Of a stretch of DNA of 64,000 nt, positions 49,742 through 59,039 are shown in pieces. The DNA is from Alphaproteobacteria bacterium (GTDB lineage: Bacteria > Pseudomonadota > Alphaproteobacteria > RF32 > CAG-239). The translations under genes were made by a program, and so were the position numbers. The number at the start of each line of letters is the position of its first letter. The first letter of the stretch is position 1. The notes under the pieces were generated by a model. The model was not told the DNA's origin and ran no database searches. It saw nothing but the letters and a program-made list of their open reading frames with translations. The stretch is from the NCBI GenBank assembly GCA_044432975.1, contig JAWXUC010000003.1:1491-65490 (forward strand). Reading direction: 5' to 3'.

Positions 49742-50995
49742 TCAGCTCGGCATTCTACTGAACTTATAAGGTTTCTTCCGATTACAATCACCACCCAACA
49801 AGAATTGATCATAATAATCCCTGCTTCCTTTTAAGGATATTTTTTTACAAGATGTAGTATATTTAAAATTTTTCATAATAGGCAAAGACAACATATTAAT
49901 TGCTTTTCTTCTAATATTAAAAGAATTATAATGCCTCATAAGACCCAAATAAGAATTAACGCAATTTCTAACATCTTTTAATAAATTATCATCTATTGGT
50001 TGGTTATTTAAATACATAATTTTGTTATAAAAATTTGTTTTGGTTCTATTACCTACATACACTCTGTTTTGTTTTAAATATCCACCAATATATAAAAGAC
50101 CTTTTGAATAGTGTTGAATATATATTTTTTTAGGATGCAAAATTAAACCTAAATCTTTATACAAAAACTCTTTAATTAAATTTATTTGTAACAATAAAAA
50201 TTGCTTGTCTTTGTCAATTAAAACAAAATCATCTACATAACGACCATAATATTTTATTTTAAGCTTATGTTTTATAAAATAATCTAACTGTGTTAAATAT
50301 ATGTTTGCTAAAATTTGAGAAGTTAAGTTACCAATTGCCAAACCTTTATTTTTTTTAGAAAAAAACATACTTTTATCTTTTGGCAAAGTATTCCAATCTT
50401 TTATATTAGAACAAATATTTGCATTTAATGTTGGATTGTTAAAAATAACTTTTTCATATAAATACAAAATTATTTTTAAATCTGGCTTTTTATAATATTC
50501 TATTAATATTTTTTTTACCATTTTATAAAGAAGCACTTTATCTATATTCATAAAAAAAGCTTTTATATCTAATTTTAAAACATAACAATCTGTTGTATAA
50601 TTATTAGAGCATTCACTAATTTTTTTATATATTTCTTTTTGACCATACAATGTGCCTTTTCCATACCGACAAGAATAACTATCTTTAATAAAATATTTTT
50701 CAAAAATATCTATTGTTTTATTAATTAACAAATGATGCACTACTCTATCTTTAAATTCTGCTGCAAAAATTTCTCTTTTTACGGGTTTATTAACTATAAA
50801 ACATGAAGATTGTTGAGGAAAATATTTATAATCATTAATATCTTTCCACAAGCTTATTAAATTATCTTCATAATCTTGCTCAAACATTAATGCTGTTTTT
50901 TTTGTTCGTTTGTTTTTTCTACAATCATAATAAGCCTGAAATAAATCTTCTAAGCTTATTGTTTTATCTTCATTAATATCAAACAAATATTCCAT
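49742..50995 (-). CDS. DGR reverse transcriptase
   Basis: KREI, DRVVHH, LDIKAFF, GLAIGNLTSQ, RYVDDF. Confidence 0.95.
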   Translation of the reverse strand: MEYLFDINEDKTISLEDLFQAYYDCRKNKRTKKTALMFEQDYEDNLISLWKDINDYKYFPQQSSCFIVNKPVKREIFAAEFKDRVVHHLLINKTIDIFEKYFIKDSYSCRYGKGTLYGQKEIYKKISECSNNYTTDCYVLKLDIKAFFMNIDKVLLYKMVKKILIEYYKKPDLKIILYLYEKVIFNNPTLNANICSNIKDWNTLPKDKSMFFSKKNKGLAIGNLTSQILANIYLTQLDYFIKHKLKIKYYGRYVDDFVLIDKDKQFLLLQINLIKEFLYKDLGLILHPKKIYIQHYSKGLLYIGGYLKQNRVYVGNRTKTNFYNKIMYLNNQPIDDNLLKDVRNCVNSYLGLMRHYNSFNIRRKAINMLSLPIMKNFKYTTSCKKISLKGSRDYYDQFLLGGDCNRKKPYKFSRMPS

Positions 50996-51045
50996 AATAC
51001 ATCTCTCTTAACTAATTATATAGCAAAATATCTAATTAAAATTAT

Positions 51046-51174
51046 AAAAGCCAAGACACACCGACCACTATTGTTTGTATTAGTAGCGTTGTTGTTGTTG
51101 ATGTTGCCATCTGACAGCCTCGCAACATTACGGTTAGTAGTGTTGTTATAATTGCGCGAAGACGACCAATAATA
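51046..51174 (-). ncRNA. DGR template repeat (TR)
   Basis: Non-coding, between avd and RT; 39 adenines, 13 AAY triplets in the VR frame; matches both VRs. Confidence 0.95.
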
Positions 51175-51293
51175 ACTATTATATTAGCTTTACAGTAAAA
51201 AATTACTGTTAATAGTCCTTTTTTAATTTTAATAACGCTCTCTCTTGATGTTTAATTAATATTAATACAACAAGACTCTGGCAAAATATTTTG

Positions 51294-51647
51294 CTATATA
51301 ATTACTTTTTTAATACTGCTTTTCCAAGCTGTTGCTTGCTTTCCAATTGATTCTAATAAAACTGATATAACTACTAATGATTTTATAGACATTATATTCA
51401 TATCTTTACACAACCTTATTCTTAATTTTATTTCATAATAATTTTCTAAAAACTTTTCTAAATCTGCTGTTTTTTCTTCAGAAACATTTGCTTTATAAAT
51501 ATATAAAAAAAGGTTAAATGTTTTTTCTCTAATCTCTTGTCCTAAACCATATTTATGCTCCTTTGTAAATTTATTAGTTATTCTATAAACCTCAATTAAG
51601 AGTTTATAACATTCCTTATATATTCTTAAATTTTCTGCTAATGCCAT
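51294..51647 (-). CDS. avd: DGR accessory variability determinant (Avd-like four-helix bundle)
   Basis: 117 aa, basic; IYK..Y.L, KF.KEHKY.LG..I, IGKQ..AW; directly upstream of TR. Confidence 0.85.
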   Translation of the reverse strand: MALAENLRIYKECYKLLIEVYRITNKFTKEHKYGLGQEIREKTFNLFLYIYKANVSEEKTADLEKFLENYYEIKLRIRLCKDMNIMSIKSLVVISVLLESIGKQATAWKSSIKKVII

Positions 51648-51666
51648 TTATACTCCTTTCATTCAT

Positions 51667-51691
51667 GCTCTGGGCTTTAAATGCCCAGAGC
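51667..51691 (-). promoter_or_regulatory. DGR homing hairpin downstream of VR2
   Basis: GCTCTGGGC-7 nt-GCCCAGAGC. Confidence 0.8.
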
Positions 51692-51710
51692 TAATAGTTA
51701 AATTGATTAA

Positions 51711-52385
51711 TTAAAAAGCCAAGACACACCGACCACTACCGCTTGTACTAGTAGCGTAGTAGTTGTTGACGTTGCCATCGGACAGCCTCGCAACATAACG
51801 GTAAGTAGTGTAGTCATAATAACGCGAAGACGCCCAATAATATTCAGATGTTATTAAATCTGTTGATAATTTAGCATTTAATGTTGTGAATTGACCATCG
51901 ACACTGCTTACGCATGATGCTTCATCACCACTAACACTACATGGATATTGATTGCCCATTAATATTACTTCACTTATTTCTGGCAAGCGCCATACGCCTG
52001 TGCAAGCACTATAAGCTGTGGCAAAGTTAACATTCTCACTTTGCGTTAAGCTCATTACCAAACCACCTTTAGCACTTGGGCTAACCCAATAAACTAAGCC
52101 GATTGCGTTTGAGGTATCACTAGAAGAGCAAGTGCCATCTGCATTATACCAAACACCAACTGTTGCACATGACACAACATCAGGGCCTGTATAAGTAGAA
52201 CCGCAATACATTTTGCTGGTATCAAAGGGGCATTTTATGGAATTACCTTCACAACTGGTTTCTGTATAACCCAATTCTGCACAGTTTGATGCAACAGTGC
52301 AGGTGTCTGTTGCAGAGCTCATACCTGAGTTTAGGAGGAAAGTTAGACCTATTGTGCCTCCTGTTATTATTTTTATTTTATTCAT
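51711..52385 (-). CDS. DGR target protein 2 (secreted, Cys-rich, CLec/DUF1566-like)
   Basis: Signal peptide, CAELGY..SC...KCPFD module, WRLPEISEV, terminal RCVLAF; contains VR2. Confidence 0.9.
   Translation of the reverse strand: MNKIKIITGGTIGLTFLLNSGMSSATDTCTVASNCAELGYTETSCEGNSIKCPFDTSKMYCGSTYTGPDVVSCATVGVWYNADGTCSSSDTSNAIGLVYWVSPSAKGGLVMSLTQSENVNFATAYSACTGVWRLPEISEVILMGNQYPCSVSGDEASCVSSVDGQFTTLNAKLSTDLITSEYYWASSRYYDYTTYRYVARLSDGNVNNYYATSTSGSGRCVLAF
51714..51842 (-). repeat. DGR variable repeat VR2
   Basis: 129 nt; 15 mismatches to TR, 13 at TR adenines. Confidence 0.95.
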
Positions 52386-52409
52386 TTTTATTTCCTCCTT
52401 TTTTTAGCT

Positions 52410-53395
52410 GAGGAACGTCGAGACGCCGTTCCAGATATTTTTTTGTGGACACCCACAAGGGGCGTCCCTACAGTTTTTTATTATGGGTGGGACGCCGAGG
52501 GCGTCGTCCCCTACAATTTAATCACACCGTCATTGCGGACTTGATCCGCAATCCAGTTGATAACCATTACTTTTCATCTTCCCCACCGAGCTAAGGGAAG
52601 TGCCCGTTAGGGCAATGAGGGGAGTATAATAATTATTTTTCCTTTTTTATGGAGGACGGTCAATGACCGCCCCTACACTTTTTGGTTGCGGAACGTCGAG
52701 ACGCCGTTCCCTACAATTTAGCCCTCAACTGTCATTGCGAGCGAAGCGCGGCAATCCAATCGAAACAACAATCATTTTCAGGTACGGTCAAGACCGTACC
52801 CTACAGGGCTCCGCCCCAAACCGTCATCCTGAACTTGTTTCAGGATCCCATTTTAGATGCTGAAACAAATTCAGCATGACGGGACAATTAATCCTTTTTG
52901 CGGGACGGATATAAAATCCACCCCATAACTACCCCGTCGCCTTCGGCGCCACCCTTCACTTGTGAAGGGGAATTTTTAATGGGCTTTTTTGCAAAAAAGT
53001 GCAAAAATTGCGTTTTTTGGTGGATATGGGCAGAAAATAAATACTTTGGGAGGATTATTGACTGCCCATAAGCCCATATATTCTGGTATTTTGACACCTG
53101 CCTTAAAAAGAAAGTGTCTATTTTAAACCACCGTCTAGAATAGACACTTTTAATGTTACAGTTTTGTGAAATTATGTTATTGATTTTACTTATTTCTTGA
53201 TTTTTTTTAAAGTTTGTGATAGTGTCTATTTTAAACGGTCGTTTAAAATAGACACTGCAAAAACAACCCCTAGCCCTTGTGGGCTGGGGGTTTGAAGTAT
53301 GTTCAAAAAGTGTGTTTTTTAGTGGGACGCATACAATGCGTCCCTTACATAAAATTGTTAAATTTAAAGGTACGGTCAAGACCGCACCCTACAGG
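52410..53395. repeat. Dense cluster of REP/MITE-like palindromes of several families
   Basis: Seven or more GG...CC(CTAC) hairpins, GTCATTGCG and GTCATCCTG units, twin AGTGTCTATT...AATAGACACT palindromes. Confidence 0.75.
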
Positions 53396-53407
53396 GTGAG
53401 GTTTAAC

Positions 53408-55237
53408 TTATTCTACAGTTACAGATTTGGCGAGGTTTCTGGGTTGGTCTACGTCTCGTCCTAAATAATCTGCTATATAATATGCTAACAACTGCAAAGA
53501 TACATTTGCCAACATTGGGAATAATTTTTCATGAATTGATGGAATCTTAATTACATAATCAAATAAACCATCATCATATTCTATATTTTCTGGAATAACA
53601 CCGATTATTGATGCACCTCTTGCTTTTGATTCTTGAATATTAGAAACAACTTTTGCAAATGTTATATCTGGGCCTAAAACAGCAACTACGGGCATATTTT
53701 CATCCAACAATGCTATTGGGCCATGTTTTAGCTCTCCTGCTTGATAAGCATTAGCATTTATATAACTGATTTCTTTTAACTTCAAAGCACCTTCTAAAGC
53801 GGTTGAAACATTCATATTTCTGGCAATATAAATGCAAGCCTTAAAGTCTTTTAAAAAATTTGCTATGTTTTGAACATTTGCATGACAACTTAATAAGTGT
53901 TCCATTTTTGCAGGAACAGAAAAAGACTGTCTTTTAACTTCATTCAAATATTGAGATGACAAATATTTCTTTTCTTCTGCCAAATGAAGACCTAAACAAA
54001 ACAAAGAAAACAACTGCGCGCTATATGATTTTGTTGCAGCAACAGAAACCTCTACCCCTGCATTAATCAACATTACACCATCTGCATATCTTACAATATT
54101 TGAATTTCCTCTGTTGGTTAAAATCAAGACTTGAGCGTCTTCTTCTCTACCTATTTTAACAGCGCTGATTGTATCTGCGGTTTCTCCTGATTGAGAAATA
54201 CCAATCATTAAAGTGTTTTCATTTATAATATTATGCTTATAAATATATTCACTTGCGCTTTCTACAGCCACAGGAATGTTTAACCACTCTTCCCACAATG
54301 TTTTTGTGTACATTGCAGCGTGTAAAGATGTGCCGCAAGCAACAATTGTAATATTGTTAACTTTGCTAAAATCTATGTTGCAATCTGTTAATTTTACAGG
54401 TTGGTTAACATCTTGAATATATTGCTCTAGCTGTTGTCTGATAATTGCTGGTTGTTCATAAATTTCTTTTAGCATAAAATGCTTATGTCCGCATTTTGAA
54501 ATATCTTCTTCTGAGAAATTAATTTCTTCAACTTCTTTTTCAACAACTTCTCCGTCTTTATTTTTAACAGTAACTTGACCTTGTTCTACAAGAGCGATTT
54601 CTTCATCTTCTAGGTTAATATATTTTGTTACCTTACCAATAAGAGCTGTAATATCGCTGGCGATAAAGTTTTCATTTTCGCCTAAACCAACAATCAATGG
54701 AGCGTTTTTTCTAACGGCTATAATTTTTTGAGAACAATTTTCATGCATGATGCAAAACGCAAAAGTTCCTTCTATTTGGGCAATTGCATTTGCAACAGCT
54801 TTTTCTAATGATTTTGTTTTTTTATATTCAAAATCAATTAAATGAACAGCGGTTTCTGTATCTGTTTGAGAATGAAAAACATAGCCGTTTTTTTCTAACA
54901 TTTTTTTCAATTCTTTATAGTTTTCTATAATTCCGTTATGAACTAAAGCTATTTTTTCATCATTTGAAAAATGTGGATGCGCGTTTTCTACACTAGGAAC
55001 ACCATGAGTTGCCCATCTAATGTGACCAATGCCCATTATTGGACTTTTACCCTTAAATCCTGAAGTTATTTCAACAAGATTATTTAATTTTCCCTGAGCT
55101 TTTAATATTGAAATTTTGCTATTGTCATTAATAGCAATTCCAGCAGAATCGTAGCCTCTATACTCAAGATTTTTTAATCCTGTTAATAAGTTTTCTACAA
55201 CACTATTATTGCCAATGTATCCTATTAATCCACACAT
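53408..55237 (-). CDS. glmS: Glutamine-fructose-6-phosphate aminotransferase
   Basis: MCGLIG, EYRGYDSAG, GHIRWATHG, PRNLAKSVTVE. Confidence 0.97.
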   Translation of the reverse strand: MCGLIGYIGNNSVVENLLTGLKNLEYRGYDSAGIAINDNSKISILKAQGKLNNLVEITSGFKGKSPIMGIGHIRWATHGVPSVENAHPHFSNDEKIALVHNGIIENYKELKKMLEKNGYVFHSQTDTETAVHLIDFEYKKTKSLEKAVANAIAQIEGTFAFCIMHENCSQKIIAVRKNAPLIVGLGENENFIASDITALIGKVTKYINLEDEEIALVEQGQVTVKNKDGEVVEKEVEEINFSEEDISKCGHKHFMLKEIYEQPAIIRQQLEQYIQDVNQPVKLTDCNIDFSKVNNITIVACGTSLHAAMYTKTLWEEWLNIPVAVESASEYIYKHNIINENTLMIGISQSGETADTISAVKIGREEDAQVLILTNRGNSNIVRYADGVMLINAGVEVSVAATKSYSAQLFSLFCLGLHLAEEKKYLSSQYLNEVKRQSFSVPAKMEHLLSCHANVQNIANFLKDFKACIYIARNMNVSTALEGALKLKEISYINANAYQAGELKHGPIALLDENMPVVAVLGPDITFAKVVSNIQESKARGASIIGVIPENIEYDDGLFDYVIKIPSIHEKLFPMLANVSLQLLAYYIADYLGRDVDQPRNLAKSVTVE

Positions 55238-55238
55238 C

Positions 55239-55769
55239 TTAAATTTTTCCTTCAAAATAGTTTATTTTTTCTAATGTTTTCATAACATTTTCTTTATTGC
55301 GTTTTTTTATGGGTTTTATTGGGTTTCCTGAATAAACAGTCCATGGCTCAAAAGTATATCTTGGTGGAACATAACTTAAAGCTCCAATAACAGTGCCTTC
55401 TGGAATATGGTTATCTGGCATTACAACACTATTTGCACCAACCCCTGTAAATCTTTCAAAAACAACGTTGCCTTCAATCTCTTTTACTTCTGGGATTGAA
55501 TGAGCTACAAGCTCATTAACATAATCATTAGCGCTTAACCAAATGGTTGCGCCAGATGCAACACTAGAACAATCTCCCATTTCAAACTTATATTTACCAA
55601 AGCCACCTGAAATAAAAGCACCTGCAGCAATTTCTACATCATCGCCCAATTTGCAAGCACAAGATATTCTGCAGAAATCTGCTATTCTAACATTATCACC
55701 AACTTCTAACTCATCGGGCTTTTTTAATATTACATATTCGCCTAATGTAAAATTTTTACCATGTTTCAT
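55239..55769 (-). CDS. Hexapeptide-repeat acyltransferase
   Basis: Left-handed beta-helix repeats; VGANSVV, SGNP. Confidence 0.8.
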   Translation of the reverse strand: MKHGKNFTLGEYVILKKPDELEVGDNVRIADFCRISCACKLGDDVEIAAGAFISGGFGKYKFEMGDCSSVASGATIWLSANDYVNELVAHSIPEVKEIEGNVVFERFTGVGANSVVMPDNHIPEGTVIGALSYVPPRYTFEPWTVYSGNPIKPIKKRNKENVMKTLEKINYFEGKI

Positions 55770-55941
55770 CTTTTTCTCCTAATCTGTTTAGTATGTATAA
55801 ATATTTTTCAAAAACAAACAACTTTTCATTGCAGTTTATTACACTTAAAAAAATCTTCAAAAAATAAAAAAAGGGTATTGTATTTTATTTTTAATTGTAT
55901 ATTGTGAGTTGAAATGTAATATATAAAAAAGGAAATATTTA

Positions 55942-56232
55942 ATGAAAACAATTACAAGAGCAGATATTGCAGATAACATCTACAGAGAAGTTGGACTATC
56001 TAGAAAGGACTCTGAAGAAATTTTAGACACTACAATTAATCAAATTATTGATACTTTGAGTGCTGGAAGCGATGTTAAACTTTCTTCTTTTGGAACTTTT
56101 TCTTTGAGAGACAAATCTCAACGTATTGGTAGAAACCCAAAAACTAAAGAAGAGGCTATTATTTCTCCTCGTCGTGTGGTTACATTTAAACCATCTAATA
56201 CCATGAAAGAAATCATTAATAAGAAAAAATAA
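55942..56232 (+). CDS. ihfA: Integration host factor alpha
   Basis: [24 protein letters not shown]. Confidence 0.93.
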   Translation: MKTITRADIADNIYREVGLSRKDSEEILDTTINQIIDTLSAGSDVKLSSFGTFSLRDKSQRIGRNPKTKEEAIISPRRVVTFKPSNTMKEIINKKK

Positions 56233-56234
56233 TC

Positions 56235-56630
56235 ATGGTAATTAACAAGTCTACGTCTGCTTTTAGAACTATTAGAGAGCTTGCATCAGAAATTGGTGTT
56301 GCTACGCATGTGTTGCGCTTTTGGGAAACAAAATTCCCTCAAATTCAACCTATGAAAAGAACTGGTGGACGTAGATTCTATCGCCCAGATGATGTGGAAT
56401 TAATTAAATTAATTCAAGATTTATTGCATAACAAAAGAATGACCATTGAAGGTGTGCAAAAAGTTTTTGGAAATAAAAAAATTAAGGCAATTTTAGGACA
56501 AGAAATCCAAAAAGACTTTTTTAATATTGAAGAAGAAGAAACAGAGGTTACACACAATGATGACAACAAATATAAAGAGCTCTTAATATCAATATTAAAA
56601 GATTTAGAAGACTTAAAAAACAGCATTTGA
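56235..56630 (+). CDS. MerR-family regulator (ihfA-linked)
   Basis: [18 protein letters not shown]. Confidence 0.9.
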   Translation: MVINKSTSAFRTIRELASEIGVATHVLRFWETKFPQIQPMKRTGGRRFYRPDDVELIKLIQDLLHNKRMTIEGVQKVFGNKKIKAILGQEIQKDFFNIEEEETEVTHNDDNKYKELLISILKDLEDLKNSI

Positions 56631-56648
56631 TTTTCAAGTGCTATTTTT

Positions 56649-57602
56649 TTATTCAAAACTCAGTCTTGGTTTTAGAACTATTTTTTTGGGTTTTAGTTTT
56701 GTTAGAATTCTTTCTTTTATAAGTTCTCGCAAGCCATCGGCATCATCTACAATAGCTCTAAAAACAGCTTTGTCTTCTGCTAGCTTATCAAAATGTCCGT
56801 AGGCTTTGAAATCGGCGTCTACGCAAGCGACTACTGATAAAACATCATACAAGTTGCAAAAATTCTCAAACTTTTCTTTATAACCATTGCAAATAGCCGA
56901 AGATATTAAATGATTTGTCTTTTGAATTTCTTCATAAAAATCTTGATTAACACTAACTTTTTTTGCACATTCTTTATTAACCAATGTTAATGATATTTTA
57001 TTTTCTTGCAAAAATTGATATAACTCTTTTGCGGAACTCATTGAAGAAGCGTTATTATATGATTTTTCGTCAGGCAAAAAGAACCCCTCTTCTGTAGGTT
57101 TTTCTAAAACATCACCCATCACAATTACTTTTTTGATTCTTTTGATGTTTTTTAACGAAATGTTTTTTATAAAGCCTGAAACATCACTCATTTGCGCGTT
57201 TATAACTAAAATTATTTCTTTGTCTTCTGCTGTTTTTAAAATCGTTTGCAACATCAATAAAGATTTTCCATCAACAACAGAACCTTTAATTTCTAATGCT
57301 CTTGCGTGTTCTGTATCTGCATAAAAATTAGCTTTTTCTTCTGCTTCTTCTGCATAATTTGCGCCATAGCTAACTTTTACAAACGGATGTTTCAAATCCA
57401 TAAAAACTCCTTTGGTAAAACGAGCTCTTCTAAACCTTATATCTTGAATTCCGCCTGTTGCAATAACTCCTTTTAAGTTTATCTTTTTTTCATCTGCCAA
57501 ATATGCTGCATAAACAAAACTAAGCAAATCATCAACATAAATATTTGCATCAGAAATCAAAACAACGCTGGGTGTCGGTAAAGCTTTTCTTTTTTTTGCC
57601 AT
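56649..57602 (-). CDS. Nucleoside-hydrolase-fold protein (divergent)
   Basis: ISD....VDD, VIVMG, YNN, LYDVL. Confidence 0.5.
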   Translation of the reverse strand: MAKKRKALPTPSVVLISDANIYVDDLLSFVYAAYLADEKKINLKGVIATGGIQDIRFRRARFTKGVFMDLKHPFVKVSYGANYAEEAEEKANFYADTEHARALEIKGSVVDGKSLLMLQTILKTAEDKEIILVINAQMSDVSGFIKNISLKNIKRIKKVIVMGDVLEKPTEEGFFLPDEKSYNNASSMSSAKELYQFLQENKISLTLVNKECAKKVSVNQDFYEEIQKTNHLISSAICNGYKEKFENFCNLYDVLSVVACVDADFKAYGHFDKLAEDKAVFRAIVDDADGLRELIKERILTKLKPKKIVLKPRLSFE

Positions 57603-57618
57603 TTATATAAAAAACCTC

Positions 57619-57891
57619 TTACAATGGAATAATATTATTAAGGTCCTTTTTATATTTTTCTTGGTTTATGTCAAGCCTAAATTGCATTTGAGCATTGTAA
57701 AAAGAAAGCGGCTTTAAGCCAAATACCTTACAAAGTTTTATATCAGATTCGATTGTAAACAAGCGCCTACTACCAACTATTTCAGAAATACGAGTATCAG
57801 GTATCAACGCCCTTAAAGCGAGCTGACGCTGATTAATATTGTACTTTTTCATTAATTTTTTAAGCTCAATTACAGCGGGATTAATCTTCAC
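57619..57891 (-). CDS. HigA-like antitoxin / XRE protein
   Basis: RISEIV.S.R..T...DIKL...FG....F...Q. Confidence 0.7.
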   Translation of the reverse strand: MKINPAVIELKKLMKKYNINQRQLALRALIPDTRISEIVGSRRLFTIESDIKLCKVFGLKPLSFYNAQMQFRLDINQEKYKKDLNNIIPL

Positions 57892-57960
57892 TTCACCTCC
57901 AATAAAATTAATTTATATCTTATAAATCAACATTATATCAACAACAAAAATTTGTCAACA

Positions 57961-58006
57961 ATATATTACCAAAAACGTCGCACGCGCGACGTTTTTGGTA
58001 ATATAT
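57961..58006. repeat. Perfect 21-bp inverted repeat
   Basis: ATATATTACCAAAAACGTCGC-ACGC-GCGACGTTTTTGGTAATATAT. Confidence 0.85.
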
Positions 58007-58121
58007 ATAAATATAATTGAACACCTATGTATTATCTATTTAAGATGATTGGCAATAAATTTAAGTTAGCTATATTTAAGATACAAAAAAAGCGACCATG
58101 TTATTGACCGCTTTTTAAGTA

Positions 58122-58967
58122 TTACAAGCATTTCTTTTTTTCTTTTGCTTTTAGCAAATCTAAGTCTCTTTCTGTTGCCATTTTATTTAAGATGGTTTTT
58201 GTTACAGTATCAAGGTGTTTTCCGTCTCTATAATCTGCTAGCAATGCAAAATTAACTCGATCTTCTTTTAATAATTTAACTGCTGTTGTATCTCCTTTAT
58301 GTTTATCATAAACAGCAATTGCATATCCGTTTCTTTTTTTGATAGATTTCATTGATGGAACATCTGTCATTCCATCTCCAAAATATATCATTCTTGTATA
58401 TGGAATTCTTCTTTTTTCATCTGGATAAAACTCATTAACCGCCCTATCTTCTAGCGCACCTAATCCCTTATTTATTTTTGAAATATATTGAGTTTTTGTT
58501 GTATGATTAACAACTCTTGCTGGCCATACTGGTCTATCATTTTCATCATAAGCATAAGAACAACCGTAGATGTCTTTAAAATTATGAACAATGCTACAAC
58601 CTTTAATGATAGAGGTAATACCTGCTGAAATAATATAATGCTCTATGTCTAATCCTAAATATTTGCCATATCTATTAATTCTTTCAAACCAATCTTCAAC
58701 CCCTGGAAAAAACTCTATGCTTTTACCCATTTTTCGTAAATGAGATTTTGTTAAGTTTATTCCTTTTGATTCGGCAACTTTTTTTATCCAATACATTGAT
58801 GAAGTAATTTGATCAACACCATTTTTTTCACCCCAAGTATTGGCAATATGCCAAAACTCTTTAGCGCTCATTCCAAATTCTGGAATAAGGGTATATTCTT
58901 GCATATAAGTTGTTGATAAAGTTTCATCAAAATCATAAATTAAAGCTACTTTGTTTTTTTTAGGCAT
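58122..58967 (-). CDS. HAD-family hydrolase
   Basis: YDFDETL, ISAG, GDGMTDVP. Confidence 0.85.
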   Translation of the reverse strand: MPKKNKVALIYDFDETLSTTYMQEYTLIPEFGMSAKEFWHIANTWGEKNGVDQITSSMYWIKKVAESKGINLTKSHLRKMGKSIEFFPGVEDWFERINRYGKYLGLDIEHYIISAGITSIIKGCSIVHNFKDIYGCSYAYDENDRPVWPARVVNHTTKTQYISKINKGLGALEDRAVNEFYPDEKRRIPYTRMIYFGDGMTDVPSMKSIKKRNGYAIAVYDKHKGDTTAVKLLKEDRVNFALLADYRDGKHLDTVTKTILNKMATERDLDLLKAKEKKKCL

Positions 58968-59039
58968 CGGATATATTTCCTTCTTGATTTTTTATTATAA
59001 TGTACTATAAAACAAAATAGTTAAAAAGGAGTTTATAAA

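Noticed and set aside
49229-49812. Several short ORFs between target 1 and RT
   Set aside because: They are translations of REP repeats or antisense frames.
49742-50995. Group II intron or retron RT
   Set aside because: The GNLTSQ motif, adjacent Avd-like gene and TR/VR adenine pattern fit a DGR; no intron domain V or msr/msd was recognised.
26452-52385. DGR diversifying a tail fibre of the phage-like cluster
   Set aside because: The targets carry signal-peptide-like N-termini and lie 11 kb away beyond dnaE; no VR was seen in the cluster.
52663-53464. ORFs of 61-163 aa
   Set aside because: They run through palindromic repeats and have no recognisable protein features.
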